Assembly (NCBI RefSeq): GCF_009914755.1
Contig: NC_060942.1
Reading direction: 5' to 3' (one strand)
Length of the DNA stretch: 64,000 nt
Source: the human T2T-CHM13v2.0 reference genome, Homo sapiens
Below the pieces are notes generated by a model, which had not been told where the DNA came from, ran no database searches, and was given only the letters and a program-made list of their open reading frames with translations. The translations under genes and the position numbers were made by a program. Within the stretch, counting starts at the first letter, position 1; every line of letters begins with the position of its first letter. Below are positions 50,001 through 62,000 of the stretch, in pieces.

Positions 50001-53000
50001 AAACACTCTTTTTGTAGTGTGTGTAAGTGGACATTTGGAGCGCTTTCCGGCCTAAGGTGAAAAAGGACATATCTTCCCATAAAAACTAGACAGAAGCATT
50101 CTCAGAAACTTACTCGTGATGTGTGTCCTCAACTAAAGGAGTAGAACCTTTCTATTCATAGAGAAGTTTTGAAACGCTCTTTTTGTGGAATCTCCAAGTG
50201 GATATTTGGCTAGTGTTGAGGATTTCGTTGGAAGCGGGAATTCATACAAATTGCAGACTGCAGCGTTCTGAGAAACATCTTTGTGATGTTTGTATTCAGG
50301 ACACAGAGATGAACATTCCCTATCATAGAGCAGGTTGGAATCACTCCTTTTGTAGTATCTGGAAGTGGACATTTGGAGCGCTTTCAGGCCTATGTTGAAA
50401 AAGGAAATATCTTCCCATAACAACTAGACACAAACATTCTCAGAAACTTGTTTGTGATGTGTGCCCTCTACTGACAGAGTTGAACCTTTCTTTTCATAGA
50501 GCAGTTTTGAAACACTCTTTTTGTAGAATCCGCAAGAGGATATTTGCATAGCTTTGAGGATTTCGTGGGAAACGGGATTGTCTTCAGGTAAAATCTAGAC
50601 AGAAGCATTCTCAGAAACTTCTTTGGGATGTTTGCATTCAAGTCACAGAGTAGAACATTCCCTTTGGTAGAGTAGGTTTGAAACACTCTTTTTGTAGTAT
50701 CTGGAAGTGGACATTTGGAGCGCTTTCAGGCCCATGTTGGAAAGGGAAATATCTTCCCGTAACAACTAGGCAGAAGCATTCTCAGAAACTTATTTGAGAT
50801 GTGTGTACTCAACGAAGAGAATTGAACCACCGTTTTGAAGGAGCAGTTTTGAAACCCTCTTTTTCTGGAATCTGCAAGAGTATATTTGCCTAGCCTTGAG
50901 GATTTCGTTGGAAACGGGATTGTCTTCAGATAAAATCTAGACAGAAGCATTCTCAGAAACTTCTTTGGGATGTTTGCATTCAAGTCACAGAGTAGAACAT
51001 TCCCTTTGGTAGAGCAGGTTTGAAACACTCTTTTTTTAGTATATGGAAGTGGACATTTGGAGCGCTTTCAGGCCTACGTTGGAAAAGGAAATATCTTCCC
51101 ATAACAACTAGACAGAAGCATTCTCAGAAACTAGTTTCTGATGTGTGTCCTCAACTAACACAGTTGTACATTTCTTTAGACAGAACAGTTTTGAAACACT
51201 CTTTTTGTGGAATCTGCAAGTGGATACTGGGCTAGATTTGAGGATTTCGTTGGAAACGGGATTACATATAAAAAGCAGTCAGCAGCATTCTCAGAAAGTT
51301 CTTTGTGATGATTGCATTCAAGTCACAGAATTGAACATTCCCTTTCACAGAGCAGGTTTGAAACACTCTTTTTGTAGTGTGTGTAAGTGGACATTTGGAG
51401 CGCTTTCCGGCCTATGGTGAAAAAGGACATATCTTCCCATAAAAACTAGACAGAAGCATTCTCAGAAACTTACTCGTGATGTGTGTCCTCAACTAAAGGA
51501 GTAGAACCTTTCTATTCGTAGAGAAGTTTTGAAACGCTCTTTTTGTGGAATCTCCAAGTGGATATTTGGCTAGTTTTGAGGATTTCGTTGGAAGCGGGAA
51601 TTCATACAAATTGCAGACTGCAGCGTTCTGAGAAACATCTTTGTGATGTTTGTATTCAAGACACAGAGATGAACATTCCCTATCATAGAGCATGTTGGAA
51701 TCACTCCTTTTGTAGTATCTGGAAGTGGACATTTGGAGCGCTTTCAGGCCTATGTTGAAAAAGGAAATATCTTCCCATAACAACTAGACACAAGCATTCT
51801 CAGAAACTTGTTTGTGATGTGTGCCCTCTACTGACAGAGTTGAACCTTTCTTTTCATAGAGCAGTTTTGAAACACTCTTTTTGTAGAATCCGCAAGAGGA
51901 TATTTGCATAGCTTTGAGGATTTCGTGGGAAACGGGATTGTCTTCAGGTAAAATCTAGACAGAAGCATTCTCAGAAACTTCTTTGGGATGTTTGCATTCA
52001 AGTCACAGAGTAGAACATTCCCTTTGGTAGAGCAGGTTTGAAACACTCTTTTTGTAGTATCTGGAAGTGGACATTTGGAGCGCTTTCAGGCCCATGTTGG
52101 AAAGGGAAATATCTTCCCGTAACAACTAGGCAGAAGCATTCTCAGAAACTTATTTGAGATGTGTGTACTCAACTAAGAGAATTGAACCACCGTTTTGAAG
52201 GAGCAGTTTTGAAACACTCTTTTTCTGGAATCTGCAAGAGTATATTTGCCTAGCCTTGAGGATTTCGTTGGAAACGGGATTGTCTTCAGATAAAATCTAG
52301 ACAGAAGCATTCTCAGAAACTTCTTTGGGATGTTTGCATTCAAGTCACAGAGTAGAACATTCCCTTTGGTAGAGCAGGTTTGAAACACTCTTTTTTTAGT
52401 ATATGGAAGTGGACATTTGGAGCGCTTTCAGGCCTACGTTGGAAAAGGAAATATCTTCCCATAACAACTAGACAGAAGCATTCTCAGAAACTAGTTTCTG
52501 ATGTGTGTCCTCAACTAACACAGTTGTACATTTCTTTAGACAGAACAGTTTTGAAACACTCTTTTTGTGGAATCTGCAAGTGGATATTGGGCTAGATTTG
52601 AGGATTTCGTTGGAAACGGGATTACATATAAAAAGCAGTCAGCAGCATTCTCAGAAAGTTCTTTGTGATGATTGCATTCAAGTCACAGAATTGAACATTC
52701 CCTTTCACAGAGCAGGTTTGAAACACTCTTTTTGTAGTGTGTGTAAGTGGACATTTGGAGCGCTTTCCGGCCTAAGGTGAAAAAGGACATATCTTCCCAT
52801 AAAAACTAGACAGAAGCATTCTCAGAAACTTACTCGTGATGTGTGTCCTCAACTAAAGGAGTAGCACCTTTCTATTCATAGAGAAGTTTTGAAACGCTCT
52901 TTTTGTGGAATCTCCAAGTGGATATTTGGCTAGTGTTGAGGATTTCGTTGGAAGCGGGAATTCATACAAATTGCAGACTGCAGCGTTCTGAGAAACATCT

Positions 53001-56000
53001 TTGAAATGTTTGTATTCAAGACACAGAGATGAACATTCCCTATCATAGAGCATATTGGAATCACTCCTTTTGTAGTATCTGGAAGTGGACATTTGGAGCG
53101 CTTTCAGGCCTATGTTGAAAAAGGAAATATCTTCCCATAACAACTAGACACAAGCATTCTGAGAAACTTGTTTGTGATGTGTGCCCTCTACTGACAGAGT
53201 TGAACCTTTCTTTTCATAGAGCAGTTTTGAAACACTCTTTTATAGAATCCGCAAGAGGATATTTGCATAGCATTGAGGATTTCGTGGGAAACGGGATTGT
53301 CTTCAGGTAAAATCTAGACAGAAGCATTCTCAGAAACTTCTTTGGGATGTTTGCATTCAAGTCACAGAGTAGAACATTCCCTTTGGTAGAGCAGGTTTGA
53401 AACACTCTTTTTGTAGTATCTGGAAGTGGACATTTGGAGCGCTTTCAGGCCCATGTTGGAAAGGGAAATATCTTCCCGTAACAACTAGGCAGAAGCATTC
53501 TCAGAAACTTATTTGAGATGTGTGTACTCAACTAAGAGAACTGAACCACCGTTTTGAAGGAGCAGTTTTGAAACACTCTTTTTCTGGAATCTGCAAGAGT
53601 ATATTTGCCTAGCCTTGAGGATTTCGTTGGAAACGGGATTGTCTTCAGATAAAATCTAGACAGAAGCATTCTCAGAAACTTCTTTGGGATGTTTGCATTC
53701 AAGTCACAGAGTAGAACATTCCCTTTGGTAGAGCAGGTTTGAAACACTCTTTTTGTAGTATATGGAAGTGGACATTTGGAGCGCTTTCAGGCCTACGTTG
53801 GAAAAGGAAATATCTTCCCATAACAACTAGACAGAAGCATTCTCAGAAACTAGTTTCTGATGTGTGTCCTCAACTAACACAGTTGTACATTTCTTTAGAC
53901 AGAACAGTTTTGAAACACTCTTTTTGTGGAATCTGCAAGTGGATATTGGGCTAGATTTGAGGATTTCGTTGGAAACGGGATTACATATAAAAAGCAGACA
54001 GCAGCATTCTCAGAAAGTTCTTTGTGATGATTGCATTCAAGTCACAGAATTGAACATTCCCTTTCACAGAGCAGGTTTGAAACACTCTTTTTGTAGTGTG
54101 TGTAAGTGGACATTTGGAGCGCTTTCCGGCCTAAGGTGAAAAAGGACATATCTTCCCATAAAAACTAGACAGAAGCATTCTCAGAAACTTACTCGTGATG
54201 TGTGTCCTCAACTAAAGGAGTAGAACCTTTCTATTCATAGAGAAGTTTTGAAACGCTCTTTTTGTGGAATCTCCAAGTGGATATTTGGCTAGTTTTGAGG
54301 ATTTCGTTGGAAGCGGGAAGTCATACAAATTGCAGACTGCAGCGTTCTGAGAAACATCTTTGTGATGTTTGTATTCAGGACACAGAGATGAACATTCCCT
54401 ATCATAGAGCAGGTTGGAATCACTCCTTTTGTAGTATCTGGAAGTGGACATTTGGAGCGCTTTCAGGCCTATGTTGAAAAAGGAAATATCTTCCCATAAC
54501 AACTAGACACAAGCATTCTCAGAAACTTGTTTGTGATGTGTGCCCTCTACTGACAGAGTTGAACCTTTCTTTTCATAGAGCAGTTTTGAAACACTCTTTT
54601 TGTAGAATCCGCAAGAGGATATTTGCATAGCTTTGAGGATTTCGTGGGAAACGGGATTGTCTTCAGGTAAAATCTAGACAGAAGCATTCTCAGAAACTTC
54701 TTTGCGATGTTTGCATTCAAGTCACAGAGTAGAACATTCCCTTTGGTAGAGCAGGTTTGAAACACTCTTTTTGTAGTATCTGGAAGTGGACATTTGGAGC
54801 GCTTTCAGGCCCATGTTGGAAAGGGAAATATCTTCCCGTAACAACTAGGCAGAAGCATTCTCAGAAACTTATTTGAGATGTGTGTACTCAACTAAGAGAA
54901 TTGAACCACCGTTTTGAAGGAGCAGTTTGAAACCCTCTTTTTCTGGAATCTGCAAGAGTATATTTGCCTAGCCTTGAGGATTTCGTTGGAAACGGGATTG
55001 TCTTCAGATAAAATCTAGACAGAAGCATTCTCAGAAACTTCTTTGGCATGTTTGCATTCAAGTCACAGAGTAGAACATTCCCTTTGGTAGAGCAGGTTTG
55101 AAACACTCTTTTTTTAGTATATGGAAGTGGACATTTGGAGCGCTTTCAGGCCTAAGTTGGAAAAGGAAATATCTTCCCATAACAACTAGACAGAAGCATT
55201 CTCAGAAACTAGTTTCTGATGTGTGTCCTCAACTAACACAGTTGTACATTTCTTTAGACAGAACAGTTTTGAAACACTCTTTTTGTGGAATCTGCAAGTT
55301 GATATTGGGCTAGATTTGAGGATTTCGTTGGAAACGGGATTACATATAAAAAGCAGTCAGCAGCATTCTCAGAAAGTTCTTTGTGATGATTGCATTCAAG
55401 TCACAGAATTGAACATTCCCTTTCACAGAGCAGGTTTGAAACACTCTTTTTGTAGTGTGTGTAAGTGGACATTTGGAGCGCTTTCCGGCCTAAGGTGAAA
55501 AAGGACATATCTTCCCATAAAAACTAGACAGAAGCATTCTCAGAAACTTACTCGTGATGTGTGTCCTCAACTAAAGGAGTAGAACCTTTCTATTCATAGA
55601 GAAGTTTTGAAACGCTCTTTTTGTGGAATCTCCAAGTGGATATTTGGCTAGTTTTGAGGATTTCGTTGGAAGCGGGAATTCATACAAATTGCAGACTGCA
55701 GCGTTCTGAGAAACATCTTTGTGATGTTTGTATTCAAGACACAGAGGTGAACATTCCCTATCATAGAGCATGTTGGAGTCACTCCTTTTGTAGTATCTGG
55801 AAGTGGACATTTGGAGCGCTTTCAGGCCTATGTTGAAAAAGGAAATATCTTCCCATAACAACTAGACACAAGCATTCTCAGAAACTTGTTTGTGATGTGT
55901 GCCCTCTACTGACAGAGTTGAACCTTTCTTTACATAGAGCAGTTTTGAAACACTCTTTTTGTAGAATCCGCAAGAGGATATTTGCATAGCTTTGAGGATT

Positions 56001-59000
56001 TCGTGGGAAACGGGATTGTCTTCAGGTAAAATCTAGACAGAAGCATTCTCAGAAACTTCTTTGGGATGTTTGCATTCAAGTCACAGAGTAGAACATTCCC
56101 TTTGGTAGAGCAGGTTTGAAACACTCTTTTTGTAGTATCTGGAAGTGGACATTTGGAGCGCTTTCAGGCCCATGTTGGAAAGGGAAATATCTTCCCGTAA
56201 CAACTAGGCAGAAGCATTCTCAGAAACTTATTTGAGATGTGTGTACTCAACTAAGAGAATTGAACCACCGTTTTGAAGGAGCAGTTTTGAAAGCCTCTTT
56301 TTCTGGAATCTGCAAGAGTATATTTGCCTAGCCTTGAGGATTTCGTTGGAAACGGGATTGTCTTCAGATAAAATCTAGACAGAAGCATTCTCAGAAACTT
56401 CTTTGGGATGTTTGCATTCAAGTCACAGAGTAGAACATTCCCTTTGGTAGAGCAGGTTTGAAACACTCTTTTTTTAGTATATGGAAGTGGACATTTCGAG
56501 CGCTTTCAGGCCTACGTTGGAAAAGGAAATATCTTCCCATAACAACTAGACAGAAGCATTCTCAGAAACTAGTTTCTGATGTGTGTCCTCAACTAACACA
56601 GTTGTACATTTCTTTAGACAGAACAGTTTTGAAACACTCTTTTTGTGGAATCTGCAAGTGGATATTGGGCTAGATTTGAGGATTTCGTTGGAAACGGGAT
56701 TACATATAAAAAGCAGTCAGCAGCATTCTCAGAAAGTTCTTTGTGATGATTGCATTCAAGTCACAGAATTGAACATTCCCTTTCACAGAGCAGGTTTGAA
56801 ACACTCTTTTTGTAGTGTGTGTAAGTGGACATTTGGAGCGCTTTCCGGCCTAAGGTGAAAAAGGACATATCTTCCCATAAAAACTAGACAGAAGCATTCT
56901 CAGAAACTTACTCGTGATGTGTGTCCTCAACTAAAGGAGTAGCACCTTTCTATTCATAGAGAAGTTTTGAAACGCTCTTTTTGTGGAATCTCCAAGTGGA
57001 TATTTGGCTAGTGTTGAGGATTTCGTTGGAAGCGGGAATTCATACAAATTGCAGACTGCAGCGTTCTGAGAAACATCTTTGAAATGTTTGTATTCAAGAC
57101 ACAGAGATGAACATTCCCTATCATAGAGCATATTGGAATCACTCCTTTTGTAGTATCTGGAAGTGGACATTTGGAGCGCTTTCAGGCCTATGTTGAAAAA
57201 GGAAATATCTTCCCATAACAACTAGACACAAGCATTCTCAGAAACTTGTTTGTGATGTGTGCCCTCTACTGACAGAGTTGAACCTTTCTTTTCATAGAGC
57301 AGTTTTGAAACACTCTTTTTGTAGAATCCGCAAGAGGATATTTGCATAGCTTTGAGGATTTCGTGGGAAACGGGATTGTCTTCAGGTAAAATCTAGACAG
57401 AAGCATTCTCAGAAACTTCTTTGCGATGTTTGCATTCAAGTCACAGAGTAGAACATTCCCTTTGGTAGAGCAGGTTTGAAACACTCTTTTTGTAGTATCT
57501 GGAAGTGGACATTTGGAGCGCTTTCAGGCCCATGTTGGAAAGGGAAATATCTTCCCGTAACAACTAGGCAGAAGCATTCTCAGAAACTTATTTGAGATGT
57601 GTGTACTCAACTAAGAGAATTGAACCACCGTTTTGAAGGAGCAGTTTGAAACCCTCTTTTTCTGGAATCTGCAAGAGTATATTTGCCTAGCCTTGAGGAT
57701 TTCGTTGGAAACGGGATTGTCTTCAGATAAAATCTAGACAGAAGCATTCTCAGAAACTTCTTTGGCATGTTTGCATTCAAGTCACAGAGTAGAACATTCC
57801 CTTTGGTAGAGCAGGTTTGAAACACTCTTTTTTTAGTATATGGAAGTGGACATTTGGAGCGCTTTCAGGCCTAAGTTGGAAAAGGAAATATCTTCCCATA
57901 ACAACTAGACAGAAGCATTCTCAGAAACTAGTTTCTGATGTGTGTCCTCAACTAACACAGTTGTACATTTCTTTAGACAGAACAGTTTTGAAACACTCTT
58001 TTTGTGGAATCTGCAAGTTGATATTGGGCTAGATTTGAGGATTTCGTTGGAAACGGGATTACATATAAAAAGCAGTCAGCAGCATTCTCAGAAAGTTCTT
58101 TGTGATGATTGCATTCAAGTCACAGAATTGAACATTCCCTTTCACAGAGCAGGTTTGAAACACTCTTTTTGTAGTGTGTGTAAGTGGACATTTGGAGCGC
58201 TTTCCGGCCTAAGGTGAAAAAGGACATATCTTCCCATAAAAACTAGACAGAAGCATTCTCAGAAACTTACTCGTGATGTGTGTCCTCAACTAAAGGAGTA
58301 GAACCTTTCTATTCATAGAGAAGTTTTGAAACGCTCTTTTTGTGGAATCTCCAAGTGGATATTTGGCTAGTTTTGAGGATTTCGTTGGAAGCGGGAATTC
58401 ATACAAATTGCAGACTGCAGCGTTCTGAGAAACATCTTTGTGATGTTTGTATTCAAGACACAGAGGTGAACATTCCCTATCATAGAGCATGTTGGAGTCA
58501 CTCCTTTTGTAGTATCTGGAAGTGGACATTTGGAGCGCTTTCAGGCCTATGTTGAAAAAGGAAATATCTTCCCATAACAACTAGACACAAGCATTCTCAG
58601 AAACTTGTTTGTGATGTGTGCCCTCTACTGACAGAGTTGAACCTTTCTTTACATAGAGCAGTTTTGAAACACTCTTTTTGTAGAATCCGCAAGAGGATAT
58701 TTGCATAGCTTTGAGGATTTCGTGGGAAACGGGATTGTCTTCAGGTAAAATCTAGACAGAAGCATTCTCAGAAACTTCTTTGGGATGTTTGCATTCAAGT
58801 CACAGAGTAGAACATTCCCTTTGGTAGAGCAGGTTTGAAACACTCTTTTTGTAGTATCTGGAAGTGGACATTTGGAGCGCTTTCAGGCCCATGTTGGAAA
58901 GGGAAATATCTTCCCGTAACAACTAGGCAGAAGCATTCTCAGAAACTTATTTGAGATGTGTGTACTCAACTAAGAGAATTGAACCACCGTTTTGAAGGAG

Positions 59001-62000
59001 CAGTTTTGAAAGCCTCTTTTTCTGGAATCTGCAAGAGTATATTTGCCTAGCCTTGAGGATTTCGTTGGAAACGGGATTGTCTTCAGATAAAATCTAGACA
59101 GAAGCATTCTCAGAAACTTCTTTGGGATGTTTGCATTCAAGTCACAGAGTAGAACATTCCCTTTGGTAGAGCAGGTTTGAAACACTCTTTTTTTAGTATA
59201 TGGAAGTGGACATTTGGAGCGCTTTCAGGCCTACGTTGGAAAAGGAAATATCTTCCCATAACAACTAGACAGAAGCATTCTCAGAAACTAGTTTCTGATG
59301 TGTGTCCTCAACTAACACAGTTGTACATTTCTTTAGACAGAACAGTTTTGAAACACTCTTTTTGTGGAATCTGCAAGTGGATATTGGGCTAGATTTGAGG
59401 ATTTCGTTGGAAACGGGATTACATATAAAAAGCAGTCAGCAGCATTCTCAGAAAGTTCTTTGTGATGATTGCATTCAAGTCACAGAATTGAACATTCCCT
59501 TTCACAGAGCAGGTTTGAAACACTCTTTTTGTAGTGTGTGTAAGTGGACATTTGGAGCGCTTTCCGGCCTAAGGTGAAAAAGGACATATCTTCCCATAAA
59601 AACTAGACAGAAGCATTCTCAGAAACTTACTCGTGATGTGTGTCCTCAACTAAAGGAGTAGCACCTTTCTATTCATAGAGAAGTTTTGAAACGCTCTTTT
59701 TGTGGAATCTCCAAGTGGATATTTGGCTAGTGTTGAGGATTTCGTTGGAAGCGGGAATTCATACAAATTGCAGACTGCAGCGTTCTGAGAAACATCTTTG
59801 AAATGTTTGTATTCAAGACACAGAGATGAACATTCCCTATCATAGAGCATATTGGAATCACTCCTTTTGTAGTATCTGGAAGTGGACATTTGGAGCGCTT
59901 TCAGGCCTATGTTGAAAAAGGAAATATCTTCCCATAACAACTAGACACAAGCATTCTGAGAAACTTGTTTGTGATGTGTGCCCTCTACTGACAGAGTTGA
60001 ACCTTTCTTTTCATAGAGCAGTTTTGAAACACTCTTTTATAGAATCCGCAAGAGGATATTTGCATAGCATTGAGGATTTCGTGGGAAACGGGATTGTCTT
60101 CAGGTAAAATCTAGACAGAAGCATTCTCAGAAACTTCTTTGGGATGTTTGCATTCAAGTCACAGAGTAGAACATTCCCTTTGGTAGAGCAGGTTTGAAAC
60201 ACTCTTTTTGTAGTATCTGGAAGTGGACATTTGGAGCGCTTTCAGGCCCATGTTGGAAAGGGAAATATCTTCCCGTAACAACTAGGCAGAAGCATTCTCA
60301 GAAACTTATTTGAGATGTGTGTACTCAACTAAGAGAACTGAACCACCGTTTTGAAGGAGCAGTTTTGAAACACTCTTTTTCTGGAATCTGCAAGAGTATA
60401 TTTGCCTAGCCTTGAGGATTTCGTTGGAAACGGGATTGTCTTCAGATAAAATCTAGACAGAAGCATTCTCAGAAACTTCTTTGGGATGTTTGCATTCAAG
60501 TCACAGAGTAGAACATTCCCTTTGGTAGAGCAGGTTTGAAACACTCTTTTTGTAGTATATGGAAGTGGACATTTGGAGCGCTTTCAGGCCTACGTTGGAA
60601 AAGGAAATATCTTCCCATAACAACTAGACAGAAGCATTCTCAGAAACTAGTTTCTGATGTGTGTCCTCAACTAACACAGTTGTACATTTCTTTAGACAGA
60701 ACAGTTTTGAAACACTCTTTTTGTGGAATCTGCAAGTGGATATTGGGCTAGATTTGAGGATTTCGTTGGAAACGGGATTACATATAAAAAGCAGACAGCA
60801 GCATTCTCAGAAAGTTCTTTGTGATGATTGCATTCAAGTCACAGAATTGAACATTCCCTTTCACAGAGCAGGTTTGAAACACTCTTTTTGTAGTGTGTGT
60901 AAGTGGACATTTGGAGCGCTTTCCGGCCTAAGGTGAAAAAGGACATATCTTCCCATAAAAACTAGACAGAAGCATTCTCAGAAACTTACTCGTGATGTGT
61001 GTCCTCAACTAAAGGAGTAGAACCTTTCTATTCATAGAGAAGTTTTGAAACGCTCTTTTTGTGGAATCTCCAAGTGGATATTTGGCTAGTTTTGAGGATT
61101 TCGTTGGAAGCGGGAAGTCATACAAATTGCAGACTGCAGCGTTCTGAGAAACATCTTTGTGATGTTTGTATTCAGGACACAGAGATGAACATTCCCTATC
61201 ATAGAGCAGGTTGGAATCACTCCTTTTGTAGTATCTGGAAGTGGACATTTGGAGCGCTTTCAGGCCTATGTTGAAAAAGGAAATATCTTCCCATAACAAC
61301 TAGACACAAGCATTCTCAGAAACTTGTTTGTGATGTGTGCCCTCTACTGACAGAGTTGAACCTTTCTTTTCATAGAGCAGTTTTGAAACACTCTTTTTGT
61401 AGAATCCGCAAGAGGATATTTGCATAGCTTTGAGGATTTCGTGGGAAACGGGATTGTCTTCAGGTAAAATCTAGACAGAAGCATTCTCAGAAACTTCTTT
61501 GCGATGTTTGCATTCAAGTCACAGAGTAGAACATTCCCTTTGGTAGAGCAGGTTTGAAACACTCTTTTTGTAGTATCTGGAAGTGGACATTTGGAGCGCT
61601 TTCAGGCCCATGTTGGAAAGGGAATATCTTCCCGTAACAACTAGGCAGAAGCATTCTCAGAAACTTATTTGAGATGTGTGTACTCAACTAAGAGCATTGA
61701 ACCACCGTTTTGAAGGAGCAGTTTGAAACCCTCTTTTTCTGGAATCTGCAAGAGTATATTTGCCTAGCCTTGAGGATTTCGTTGGAAACGGGATTGTCTT
61801 CAGATAAAATCTAGACAGAAGCATTCTCAGAAACTTCTTTGGCATGTTTGCATTCAAGTCACAGAGTAGAACATTCCCTTTGGTAGAGCAGGTTTGAAAC
61901 ACTCTTTTTTTAGTATATGGAAGTGGACATTTGGAGCGCTTTCAGGCCTAAGTTGGAAAAGGAAATATCTTCCCATAACAACTAGACAGAAGCATTCTCA

